The translations under genes and the position numbers were made by a program. Below the pieces are notes generated by a model, which saw only the letters and a list, made by a program, of their open reading frames with translations, was not told the DNA's origin and searched no databases. Positions 26,515 through 39,227 of a DNA stretch of 64,000 bases are shown here, in pieces (position 1 is the first letter of the stretch; every line of letters starts with the position of its first letter). Where the stretch lies: the NCBI RefSeq assembly GCF_001194135.2, contig NC_068994.1, positions 59,066,552-59,130,551 of the forward strand, given 5' to 3'. This stretch comes from Octopus bimaculoides. Lineage: Eukaryota.

Positions 26515-26980
26515 CATCATCATTTAACATCTATTTTCCAAATTAGCATGGGTTGGACAGCTTGACAGGAGCTGCACCAGGTTCCATTGTCTGTTTTGGC
26601 ACAATTTCTACAACTGGATGCCCTTCCTAATGCCAACCACTTTACAGAAAATAATGGGTACTTTTTATGTGGCATCAACACCAGTACTTTTCATGAGGAA
26701 CTAGTACCAGTGTCACCTTACTGGAACATGTGCCGGTCGTTGGCAGTGTCACCGGACTGGCTCCCGTGCAGGTGGCACGTAAAAACACCTTTGAGCGTGG
26801 TCGTTGCCAGTACCGCCTGACTAGCCCTCATGCCGGTGGCACATAAAAGCACCCACTACACTCTCAGAGTGGTTGGTGTTAGATTAGATTGGAGCCTGGT
26901 GCAGCCTTCTGGATTGCCAGTCCTCAGTCAAACCGTTCAACCCATGCCAGCATGGAAAGCAGACATTAAACGATGATGAG
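26515..26980. mobile_element. Two family A SINEs in opposite orientation
   Basis: Minus copy about 26515-26700, plus copy about 26720-26980. Confidence 0.85.
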
Positions 26981-27165
26981 GATATATAGATTAGAGACAG
27001 ATATTCTCTGTATAGAGTCCATTTTGTAGTGCTCAAGAGATTCGAACTTGAGCAGGTAAAGGAATAAATGTAAGGTCAAGCAAGTTAGGAAGTCAATATA
27101 CAAAACATTAAATACATTTAATACAAAAAATGTACAACATATGTATGCATTTAAGAAAAAGTTCA

Positions 27166-27205
27166 ACTTCCAGAATATAAATGATATCATTTATATTCTG
27201 GAAGT
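27166..27205. repeat. 40-bp perfect palindrome
   Basis: acttccagaatataaatgatatcatttatattctggaagt equals its reverse complement. Confidence 0.97.
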
Positions 27206-27499
27206 CAGACTTTGCTGATATGCATACGTATGTACATTGTTTTGTATTAAGTGTATTTAATATTTTTTGTATATCGACTTGCCTCACTTGCTTGTCTTTA
27301 CAGTTGTTCCTATAGATATGAGAACAAAATGATTAAAAAATCCAGGTAAATATCAATAAAGCACTCAGTTTTAAATGAATTTGGTTAACAAGAACATTTC
27401 ACCTTCCTTGCCATGCATACTTTCTAACTTGTACCAATTGAATAAGAAAGAAATACATACATACGTATGTATGTACAGAAATATATTTTTATCAGTTAT

Positions 27500-27870
27500 G
27501 TGTTCCAGTCTTTTAGATTGCAGCCATGTTGGGGAACTGCCTTGAAGAATTTTAGTGGAACGAATCGACCTTGAGAGCTTATTCTTACTTTTAAGCCTGG
27601 CACTTACACTATCAGCATCTCTTGCCAAACCACTAAGCTATAGGAATGTAAACACACCAACACCGGTTGTCAAGCAATGATGGAGAACAAACACAGACAC
27701 ACATATATGGTGGGCTTCTTTCAGTTTCCATCTACCAAATAAACTCAGAAGGCTTTGGTTGGCCCAAGGTTATTATAGAAAATACTTGCCCAAGGTGCCA
27801 CAGAGTGGGACTGAACCCAGAATCATATAGTTAAGAAACAAACTTCTTACCACACAGGCACCTGTGCCCC
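27500..27870 (-). mobile_element. SINE family B
   Basis: Near full-length reverse-complement copy. Confidence 0.85.
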
Positions 27871-28374
27871 TAGATGTTTTGCAAACAAGTTGCACATGCA
27901 AGTGCTACCAGTCAAGAACTCCACATACCGGAACCCAGTAAGTGTATGGGGTCATCAGGAGAGAATGTGTGTGTGCCATTTCGGGGCCTACATCTTGATG
28001 GCATCAATGCGCACCCCCCCCCCACTCACTGATATGAGGTCCTGCTTGCTAGATCAACTGGTTATTAAAAACAAAGCTCAATATTTCTCTAGCCATCGCT
28101 CATCGTCTCTTTTTAACCAAATCCAGTGGCTAGCCTTTTCCACTGTATTTTAGATATCGGTCATGGTGGTATTTACTTCACGATCAGTTAGGCCTAACAA
28201 TAACAGCAGTCGTCTCACACTGTGTCCTACAGATCCTCTACATCCGACTTTGATTGGAAAATGCTCAGCTTTCCAGCTACATGGTTATGAAACTTGAGCT
28301 GTTACAGAAATGAAAGTAGCATCCTCCACTGGATGTGAAATGTCAGTTTGCATGTTCACCAAAGTACAAATGTA

Positions 28375-28560
28375 CTGAAAGGGAAAAATGGGCAAAAGAA
28401 GCATCAGATGTGCAAGAGGGAAGATTGCATTAGTAGGGTCAGTGATGTATATGAATGAAGAAGACAGCTGTATGAAGAAGTACTGGTCACTAAGAAGCCT
28501 GTGGAGAAAGCGAGACTGAAGAAGACACAGGATGAAGTGGGGGAAACTGACCTCAAGATA
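28375..28560 (+). mobile_element. RTE-clade LINE 3' remnant (degraded)
   Basis: Nucleotide similarity to 20400-20600 (gaaaaa.tgggca.aagaag.atcagatg, gacagctgtat.a.gaag). Confidence 0.55.
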
Positions 28561-29389
28561 TTAAGTCTCTTGTGCTGGTGCCACAAAAAAAAAAAAAAAA
28601 GCACCCAGCACACTCCGTGAAGTGGTTGGCATCAGGAAGGGCATACAGTTGAAGAAATGGAGCCAAAACAGACATTAGAGCTTAGAGCAGCCCCTTCACT
28701 TGTCTGTTTGTGTCAAACCATCCAACCCACACCAGCATGGAAAAAGGGATGATAGATGACAGAGGACCCAAGATATGTGGTGCACTGCAATACTCAAGAA
28801 GACCTGCCCACCACAACAGAATTGGGATCCTAAAACCAGACTGTCACATGAAAAGCATTGGTGTGGGTGCTGGCACCATGTGAAAAGTACTCAGTACACT
28901 CTGTGAAGTGGTTAGCATTAGGAAGGGCATCCAGCCATAGAAACCCTGTCAAAACAGACTATTGGAACCCAAGCAGTACAGCATTTTGTTTCCAAATTTC
29001 TGGCAGAGTGAATTGCATCATGGTGCTGTTTTTTCTCACAGACAGTGCCCAACTGACCCTACCATACTGTGTAGTTGACAAAATCAAAAACAAACAATGT
29101 GCATGCGTGAAATTAAGAATATAAAATGGCAACAATTTACCCATTGCACCAGTATTTATACACACACACATACATCATCATATATATATATATATAGATA
29201 TTCATTTATTCTTTTACTTGTTTCAATCATTTGACTGTGGCCATGCTGGAGCACCGCATTTAGTCGAACAAATCGACCCCAGGACTTATTCTTTGTAAGC
29301 CTAGTACTTATTCTATTGGTCCNNNNNNNNNNAACACCAGTTGTCAAGTGATGGTGGGGGACGAACACAGACACACAAATACATACATT

Positions 29390-29440
<51 letters not shown>

Positions 29441-29699
29441 ATTAACAGAATGAGATAAAAATCCAAGGCTGTGAAAGATTTCAGAACATTTATAAAGAGA
29501 AGGTCTTACAGCTGTTTCTGGAATGTTTTATATATCCCTTCATTGGAGTCAGTGCGAGAAAATGTGTGTGTGTGTGTGTGTGTGTACATCTACAGATGTA
29601 AAGCTTGAACACATCACTAGTGTTGTATCCTGGACTTACAAGATGCTTTGGGTCTGAAAACAAACACCCTCATCCAGGCAACCCAACCTAAGTTGACAA

Positions 29700-30075
29700 A
29701 GCCTAGGCCTGTGTGTCCAAATAGCATTTTACTGGCCCTATTGGTCACCTCCTTTCACCCCAGCCCATCTAGACATTTCCTCAGCAGCCTCTACACTTTG
29801 CTTGATTGCTCTTCTGCTTGCTCATATAATGCCTTAAGTCCCATAAGCCTTACTCACAGTGTAACCTGCAAACTCTCAACTACCAGCCTCCATTGCCAAA
29901 CACCTCATTCCCGACCATCACAAAAGCCTAGCATTACATTCTCTAAATGTCTTGCATCTTCTCAAGGCCACACTTAATTCCAACAGGATTAGCTGTCCTG
30001 TTGATTTGGAAACCAAGATATCTGGTTTCACCAAAGTCTTGATGATGTCTACTGGAAATTCCAGATCAACTTATA
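29700..30075 (-). mobile_element. REL-endonuclease non-LTR retrotransposon 3' remnant (R2 superfamily, HERO/R4-like)
   Basis: VDLEFPVDIIKTLVKPDILVSKSTGQLILLELSV...MEAGS*EFAGYTVSKAYGT*GI...VEAAEEMSRW: PD..(D/E) REL motif and typical C-terminus. Confidence 0.75.
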
Positions 30076-30152
30076 CAAGCCAGTCCAGTGCTGTGCAAAG
30101 TAATTTCTTGGGGTTGTTCTTGGGGCTATGCATAAACACACACACACACATG

Positions 30153-30560
30153 GGGGCAGGCATGGCTGTGTAGTAAGAAGTTCATGTCCCAACCACAAGG
30201 TTCTAGGTTCAATCCCACTGTATGGCACCTTGGGCAAGTGTCTTCTACTTTGGACCAACAAAAGCCTCTTGAGTGGATTGATAGAAGGAAACTGAAAGAA
30301 TCCTGTTGTGTGTGTGTGTGTGTATATATAAATTTTTGAAATTGTCTCAGCTTTAAAGCTGTGGTCATGCTGGGGCACCACTGTTGTGTATCTTTGTGTA
30401 TGTGTTTGTCTGCTGCCACCATTTGACAGCTGGTGGTGGTATGTTTATGCCCCTGTAACTTAGCAGTTCGGCAAAAGAGACAGACAGAATAAGAAATAAC
30501 AAGTACTAGGGTTGATTCCTCATTCAGCAATGGCCGCAGTGCAATGACTGAAAGATACAT
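30153..30560 (+). mobile_element. SINE family B (tRNA-like head plus CORE-like domain)
   Basis: ggctgtgtagtaag (A box), ggttcaatcc (B box), ggcaccttgggcaagtgtctt (CORE-like), internal (TG)n, tail tgactgaaa. Resembles the octopus OR-type CORE-SINEs (recalled, not searched). Confidence 0.85.
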
Positions 30561-30723
30561 ACCAGGCATTGGTTGTGTGGTTGAGATACTTGCTTTATAA
30601 TGACATGGTTTTGGATTCGATTCCACTGCACGGTACCCTGGGGAAATGGCCTCGGCCCCAGGCCAATCAAGGTCTTGTGAGTGAATTTCGTAGATGGAAA
30701 CTGTGCGAAAGCCTATTCTCTCT

Positions 30724-30755
<32 letters not shown>

Positions 30756-30996
30756 NNNNNNNNNNNNNNNNNNNNNNNNNNNNNNNNNNNNNNNNNNNNN
30801 NNNNNNNNNNNNNNNNNNNNNNNNNNNNNNNNNNNNNNNNNNNNNNNNNNNNNNNNNNNNNNNNNNNNNNNNNNNNNNNNNNNNNNNNNNNNNNNNNNNN
30901 NNNNNNNNNNNNNNNNNNNNNNNNNNNNNNNNNNNTGACTGAAACAAGGAAAGGAATAAAAGATACATACATACATACAGATACACGCACATGCAC

Positions 30997-31036
<40 letters not shown>

Positions 31037-31166
31037 GACATAACACACACGCATATCGATAATGGAGAGAGAGAGAGAGAGAGAGAAATGGATGGACAGA
31101 TAGATATGAAAACAAATAAAACTCGCAAAGGAGGTGCGGTCCATGATCTTTACCTCCGTCGATAGA

Positions 31167-31212
<46 letters not shown>

Positions 31213-32221
31213 GGGGGAAGTAGAGAGAGAGAGACAGAGATGCTGTCCAGCGTAACATGCTAACGGAGAAAGTTAAATACTGTCCTATTTAAGAGACACC
31301 TGAAATTAATACAAACATATGTTTATGTTAGAGAGTGCAATGGACGAAACTCTCGGTGCTCGAGTTACAATGGCCAGTTTCTGCCGATGGAAAATAATAA
31401 TAATAAGGTGTATAAACACATGTATTGAGTTCTATCCCACACTTTATTAGCATGTGTGTATGTTTGGTATTCTTCTGAGAGTCCGAAATACTCTTAGTAT
31501 GCGATAAACTGTAATGTCTTAGGAATCAATATGCTACGGAAATCGTAGGTTTAAAAAAATCAGTGGGAAAAAAAACTGCTACATCGGGCTTTGATTGGAA
31601 ACATTCGATCACACACATAGGCAGGAGTGTTTCAAATCACGGCTCGGCGGATTAGAGGAAAATACAAATTTGAAAAGTCTGTTCCTTTGGTGCGAAAAGA
31701 AAAAGAAGGTAATTTAGGTAAATAAACGGTTAATTACTATATATATATATATATATTACACACACACACACACACATTAGATAGATAGATAGATATAACA
31801 GAGCGTAAAGGATGAGGTACATTATGATAAACAAATGAGAGAAACCTCTTCTTTTCCATGATATTGACACATGCACATTGTAAATGGATCTCTGTCTGTA
31901 TCAACGATGAGCATTCTAATTATTAAGGTGATGCACAGGCAGACAGTATGAAACTATGTAGCAAGGACGGATTTTTGCGTTACAGGAATAATCCGATGAA
32001 CAGGCTTCCTCACAGTTTCCGTCCACCCAATTTTATCAAGGCTTGGGTCAACTTGAGGATATGGTCACCAAGTGGGATGGGAAATGATGACAAGTGATTG
32101 CAAAAAGAACTTCCTCACCACTTGGTCTGATTCACACACACACACACACATATATATACACACACATATAAACATATATACACACACACACACACAGACA
32201 GAGGTGAAATGCAATTCTTAC

Positions 32222-32516
32222 CTCCGCCGTATTCCCAGAACGGTATACTTTTGTCCTTTTGTATGAGATGTGGTCCTTTAAAACTGAGTTTATATTCGAA
32301 CCTGAGGCGAGGAACGGACGCAGAAACCATTGGAGCGGTGGAGGAGAGGACAAGGATGAGCGTTAAGGAAGTGAGGACTATTAGAGTATGGAGTGTGTGT
32401 CGACACGAACACATTGCTGTTACTGTGATGGGTGATGGTGCCGTGTTTCTGTTGAACATCTTCGGTGTTTGACAGCAGCAGCAGGTGGACGACGAGGACG
32501 AGGACGAAGACGGCAA
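32222..32516 (-). CDS. LMAN1: LMAN1/ERGIC-53 exon 1 (signal peptide and start of L-type lectin domain)
   Basis: Encodes a hydrophobic leader then RFEYKLSFKGPHLIQKDKSIPFWEYGG, matching the ERGIC-53 N-terminus. Donor G|GTAAGA at 32221, phase 1. Alternative in-frame ATGs at 32459 and 32414. Confidence 0.93.
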
Positions 32517-33700
32517 TGTGGCTTGAAATGGTTCACTGTGTTGTCGGGGAAATGGTGTGGATTTGCTGACATCTGGCGGACACCGGCAGAGTTAACGGTG
32601 GTTTCTGTCAATCGATACAATAGGGGGAGGGAAAGACACAACATACACACACCCACTCATATATATACATACGCATACAAATACACATACGCACAAATAC
32701 GTATACGCACACACTGACGCATACATACACGTACGTGCACACACACGCTTGCGCGCGCGCCCTCATGCCTAAGGGGAGATAATTGCTAGATATTCGACAT
32801 TAGACGTTGCGACAAACAACAAAATCCTTCGTTCGTCGACGACAAATGTTTTAAATTTTCTTTATAAATTCAGAAAATAATGTATCATGACAAATTTTTA
32901 TGGGAAATGGGAAAAAAATTGTTTGCATCTTGTCCACTAAACGGTTTTACTGTATAGAGGGGACGTAACTCTATATACCGTTTTCTCACCCTCTTTCTTC
33001 CCTCTCTGTCTCTTTCTTTCTCTCTCTCTCTCTCTCACCGTGTGTAGGTGTGTATGTAACGGTGTGTGTGTACGTGCATGTTTGTATAATCATGTATATG
33101 TGTATACGCATATATACATGTATAGAAACACATACGTATTGAAATAGAGTCTGAAATTATTTACTGCGCCAAATCCGTAATTTCTTTAAAACTTTACGCA
33201 TCGTAGATTACGAATCTCAAAATCCCCAAAACAAAAATAAAAACATTTGTTTTCGAAGAGGATGAGGTGATGATCGGAATTTTAACCCCTCCTTTCAATA
33301 AATCCAGAGTTATGACGTTTTCGAATATATATATATATATATATATTAATTTATGTTACGCATAATTTTGAAGAAACATATTTTCAGATGTTTTAAATCA
33401 AAAAGAAAGCCAGACCTGAAAAATTACAAATGTTGCCCACGTCCGCCTTTTTATTTATACGTTGACATCTACGATGCTTAAAATATGCTGATCCGAAATT
33501 CTGGTTTTTGGGCGGACTAGATTATTTCTGATTTTTTTTTTTTTTTTTCAATAGAAACTTCCCACAGATTACTTTATAGAAGATAACAAACGTTAATCGA
33601 ATAAAGATTCCAAGCGTGAAGTAAAGTTAAATATATTTCTGAAGGTGACAAAAAGTTCAAAGTTTGTAAAATCTTGTTTTTCTAACTATTCGGATTTTGA
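32517..33700 (-). promoter_or_regulatory. LMAN1 5' UTR/promoter, CpG-retaining region
   Basis: Visibly higher CpG density than the flanking introns, immediately upstream of exon 1. Confidence 0.6.
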
Positions 33701-33717
33701 AAAGTCTGTTTTGGAGA

Positions 33718-33805
33718 AACTTCCAAGTTATTGTCACCTTTTAAAATTCACACGCGCGCACGCGCGTGTGTGTGAATTTTAAAAGGTGGCGATAGCTTGG
33801 AAGTT
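33718..33805. repeat. 88-nt near-perfect inverted repeat
   Basis: 42-bp stem with five G-T pairs and a 4-nt loop. Confidence 0.95.
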
Positions 33806-36800
33806 ATATCTCATTCAGAGGTTTTAAAACTAGCAGTTTTGCTTCTATATATCATCATTATCATTATTATTTAACTGTTTTCCATACTGCCATGGGATGA
33901 TTATTTGATAAGAGTTGACAAGCTAGAGAGCTGCACCAATTGTCTGTTTTGGCAATGTTTCTACAGCTGAATGCCCTTCCTAATGCCAACCACTTTACAA
34001 AGTATATTGAGTGCTTTTAATATGGCACCGGCTCTAATAAGGTCACTAAGTAACTTACAAGAGAAAATCTCTGAGCTGAAGAGAATAGCAGTATTGAGGG
34101 GTGTGGCTTTATGTTAGGTGATGAAAAGTTAAAATGTGACACAGGAATAGAAGCAGGTGTCTTGCCATGGGGGGGGGGGGCAGATGGCTTCCCCAGTTGG
34201 AAAAGCGGCAGGGAAGAGAGACAGACAGACATGAGATAGTGGTGAAGATGTGTTAAGTTACGAGATGAATGTAAGTGTATTAGTCTTGTAGACTTATTAC
34301 GCATCCAGTGAAGTGTGCTTGCTTAATTTCTCCACAGCCTTCCCACACTATGCCACATGTTCAGTGCTGTGCCCATATTTCACTACCATGAAACACTATA
34401 ATGCATACACAATTATTTTTACAGACCCTCTTTGACTTGTTGGAAGAAACCCTTTGATGTCAATTGAAATAATAATTCTCCAAACATTTTCACCTCATCC
34501 ATCCTCTGTCTATTGTACTTTCACAACATCCATCTCCATCACTGACGAGGTTACTCAGGTAGCAGAAATATTTTAATTAATAAAAGCTTTCACAACAAAC
34601 AACACCTCAACATCTGTCAATATGTTTCACTACTATTGTATAAAATTGTATCTTTACATTCACACCTGCATAAACCTATTATTTCTGAATCAATCCCCAC
34701 TTGTTTACACTTACACCTGTGCATATATACACAGCTGTCCTCACCTTTTACAAAATACCTGCATCTGTTCACTTGTATACACATCCACATAGTGGCTTCT
34801 GTGTGTGTGTGTGTTTGTACTTAGATACCACCAGCATAGTCAATCTGTCACAGTTCTTCAAGCCTCCGTCTGTCTGGATTTCACACATTTAAGATATAAC
34901 TGGAATTTACAGAGCCATGTCTTCTGGAGCCAACCCTCTTCCTGTATCCATGTCATTGTAGTCTTTATATGCAGAATGGCTGCCTGGTGCAAAATGGGAA
35001 TTTTGTATTTAACAAATGATTGTGTAATATGCAAACACACACACATAATTCCATTTAATAGTCGTTATTAGATTGACTTGATAAGCACTAGTTTAGTAGT
35101 AGTATGGAGGCATGCATTGTAACGGCATGTTGCTGCATCCACTATTTCTTGGTGATTCCCTGCTATTCCTGGTAAATGATGCCTCCATACCACACAGGTG
35201 ACAACACTCCAACCCATGGGTCTGTTTTGGGTGGTGGTTGCTACAGAGAGTTTTATGAGGTCAGAGTGAAAACCCTACTTCAATCCCTTTTAGTTGCCCT
35301 TTATGACATGCTGAAGAAATGCTGGGTCTAGCTTTTGACTCACCAGTCCCAACAAAGCATTTGAGCAACACAAAAAATGAAGTGTTTTACTCAGCAATGC
35401 AACACGTCACCCAGTCCAGGAATTGAACCCACAATCTGATGATCATGAGTGTAACACCCAAACCACTAGACCACATACTATTGCTATTAATGCTCATTTA
35501 TTCCTTTTTAATTCAATTTTATGTATTGAAGTGAACTTTAGGTTCCAATTATTTCTGTTCATAATTGATTACATGAGCTTGACACTTTACACTGGGTTTG
35601 GAAAGACATAAGTATTGTCTTACACATTTTGGAATCTATTTTGTCCACGCATGCATATTTGTGGTTTTTTACAATATGACTAAGATTTCTCAAGTAGTGT
35701 TTCAAAATATATCTTTTTGGTGTTGAAACTGCAATGATTTCCAAAAGAATGGCTGATGATGGGATGTTTATACTTATTTAGGAAATATTGGTCGTTTTTG
35801 TGATGTAATTGTCAGTGGGTTCTGGATTTTGTTTCTTCTTTTCTGTAATTTTATGTCCTTCAGCATTCATCCAATGCCTGTTATGGGTATAGGTCTAGTT
35901 TTAATTGTTTTTGTCATTTATTTAGTTTTCTGTTTAAGGTTTGCAATAACACTCTCTGAAAGAACACGTTTCAGTGGCTGGAAACATGTTGGCCTTTGTA
36001 AAACATTTGAAAAAGAAACTTAGCTGTTTCTTGCAGTAAAATACAAATGAAAGCAAAATTTATTCATGGGTCCTTAAAATACTACTGTATTACTACTTTA
36101 CTACTTTGCTAGCATGGACTCCCACAAAATCCCAGGGGTCATATATACTCCAGTTGAGAACCACAGCTCAGAGCTATCAAATTATGAATATAAAATAAAG
36201 ATTCTTAGCACAATTTATTCGGAATAAAATCATATTCAGTGAGATGCAGTTCACATTAATGCTAGGCTGGGGTCTAACTGACAATTGTTTCCTGGTGAGA
36301 CAGAAAAGCTTTGAGATTGGATTGGAAAAATCTTTTTTCTCTGCTAAGCATTTGTTCATCTGGGGAAGGAATTTTTATTGTTTGGTGGTCTTTAAGAAAA
36401 CAAGAAGATGAATGGCTTGTAAGAATAGTGCAACCCATGCAGAGTGAGGTGGTCAGTAGCAGCTGTTGATCTTTTTTCTTTCCATCATCAAAATATTACA
36501 AAACATTCAAGACATCGTCCTTTAGAAACCCATCAACTCACCTGTGTTATAGCCAAATGAACCCATTTCCCCCGCTAGAAATGGCAGCCAAATATTTCTC
36601 AAATCATACCCTACAAGATGGAAGGTCATATTAGATAATGTAATTTCAAGATGTGCTACATCTAAAACTAATTCATGACTAGAAAGTTCAAATTTGATAA
36701 GCTTGCTGGATCAGGGCTGACCTAGGGTTAAACAATATGGGAATTAGTAGTCATACAGGGAAGAAAAACTGAAAGGAAATAAACCCTTAAAAACCTCATT

Positions 36801-39147
36801 CTCCTGACACTCAGGTCCAAGCAGGAGCCCAGCTGCCAGGACAGAGAGAGGGGCAACAGTGTCTACAATTAGGGTTACTGTTGCTAGTCCAAGATCAGTC
36901 CTAATCCAAGCAGGTCTATGATCAAAGATGCTCCAGATTATCTTTGATTCAGGCATAGTGTATCTTGGACTGCATTATTCAATAAGTTCCTCCTTTTCAT
37001 GATGGCAGGATTGTAACTTAAGATATATATGGCTGTTGTTTCTAGCAGAGGCTACCTTGTTATCATGGAACTCTGGAAATTGTTGCTGCTGCTGTTTAGC
37101 CTGAGTCAGCTATCAATGGGAAGATGTAGGATTAAAGGCAATCCAAAGATGACCATCTCATTTATTTTGTTTTGTTTGTTTATTTAGAATAACATTGGCC
37201 AATGTGTCCTTCAATTTCTAAGTGGTAAAGAACTGGTTTTTAATTCAAACAGTTTTTCTACAAACCATCACCTGTTCATAACATCGTTTTCCTTTCTGAA
37301 AATGAATTTTAAAAAGAAAAAAAAAAAAAAAANNNNNNNNNNAAAAAAAAAAAAAAAAAAAAAAGGTAGTGTTTGGCTGTTTTTTAATTAAAATCTTTAG
37401 TTCTCTCTCCTTATTTTTCAGTCTTTTTTTTTTTGGTCAGAATGGTTTTTCTTTTGTATTCTTCAGTCATTCAAAAGAAAGTCATCAACCAGACAGACAC
37501 CATCACAGATTATCTCTAATCCATGACTGTAGATAATGTAGGATGATAATGTGATTGCTAAAGTTGTGAAACCCCGTTTCATTCCAACCACAACAATTTG
37601 CTCCTCCTCCTCCAAAGTCAAGTTACGAAACCTGTCTCAACCAACAACAACACAAACATTTACACAATCTCAGTCTCACCCTCACTACTAGTTGCTGTAA
37701 GCTAACCCTAACCCTAACCCTAACCCCTTGCTAATTCTAGGCCATTTTACTTGTGACACCCATCTGCTTCTTCTATCATTTCCAATCAATTATATTCCCC
37801 TCACCTTCAAATTACACTTCAGCATTTCAAAGACCCATTTCCCCTCTACACTTCCTGTCCCTTTCTCTTTCTATTCATCTAAACATCAAAATACTGGGCC
37901 TTGAAATAAAATAATAGAATAAAGGATTTTTCTAGCCATTCTGTGGTCAACACAAACATGAAATAAAAAATAGTTGAATAGGGAGACAGATCAGAATCTC
38001 TTATTCAAAAAACCGAGGATGTTGGGCCTCGCAGGGAAACATTAGGTTTTCTTTCAACTCCTCTCCAGTGAAACCCACACACCTAACAAATGACAATTTT
38101 GAGTGATGGCAGAGCCAGTACAATTTGGGGCTTTGATTCAGAGCTTTGCACTGTAACAAAATTCAAACCTTGCAGTGGTTCGATTTTTGTGTGGAAGGAG
38201 GGGTGGGGGAATAGTTCGGTCATACTGTTATTGATGAGGTTGCTCTGATCAGTGCACCCCGGGCACAGACATTCGTAAGTGGATGAAAGTTTTAATCCTC
38301 CTGATTGAGGAATGTTGTCCTGGATTTAGGATTTGAATAAGTTTGCTGCTTTTAAAGATAGTAGGGAGCAGCTATGCTGAATTGTTTTGGCCCCTATTTA
38401 AAAGCTAGCATCAGGAAGTTTGCTATTAAGCAAGTCAAGACACTACAAAGAAACTTCCTGTCTCATGTGGTCCTAACATTTTAAAGAGAGCAGGGAACTT
38501 GACTGCTACATTGACCAGGTCAAGACATTACAAAGAAACTCCCTCTTCACTTGTAAGTTGCCTCAAGTTTAAAGATGGCAAAGAGCAGAAGTCTGTGGCA
38601 CAGGAAAAAGTATTGAGTACCTTNNNNNNNNNNNNNNNNNNNNNNNNNNNNNNNNNNNNNNNNNNNNNNNNNNNNNNNNNNNNNNNNNNNNNNNNNNNNN
38701 NNNNNNNNNNNNNNNNNNNNNNNNNNNNNNNNNNNNNNNNNNNNNNNNNNNNNTTATATGCAGTTTTAAAAAATACAACTAAAAGTGGAACATACATGAT
38801 GGGGAGGTGGTGGTGATGGCATCAGTGTGGCAGGGGTGTGTTATAGTGTGGTGGTGGTGGTGGTGGTGTGTGAAAGTAATTTCGTGGTAGGAGTGGTAAG
38901 AGTGTATATGAGGTAAGTGGTGGTGCTGTGGTCTGGCGTAGCAACATAATGGTGGTGGAGCTGGTGTCAGTCTACATGTAGGGAGTCTACTCGATTCAGT
39001 CCCCAGATTATCTCTCCCCATCATTAAACCCCTATTTTCCAAGTTCTTAGCTCCAAACCCTTATAACCATCCCCAACCACCACTACCACCACCACCATGG
39101 AAATAACCCCTGAACCACTGCTGCTCATCCCTACACCATTCCACCTA

Positions 39148-39184
<37 letters not shown>

Positions 39185-39227
39185 GCACTCCTTCCTTCTC
39201 TCCCATACATGGAATCAGTCATCTTTA

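Noticed and set aside
30153-30230. tRNA-like A and B boxes
   Set aside because: Head of a family B SINE, not a tRNA gene.
32517-33700. ERSE/ERSE-II/UPRE elements expected for a UPR-regulated LMAN1
   Set aside because: CCACG at 33437 lacks a correctly spaced CCAAT/ATTGG; no full consensus found by eye.
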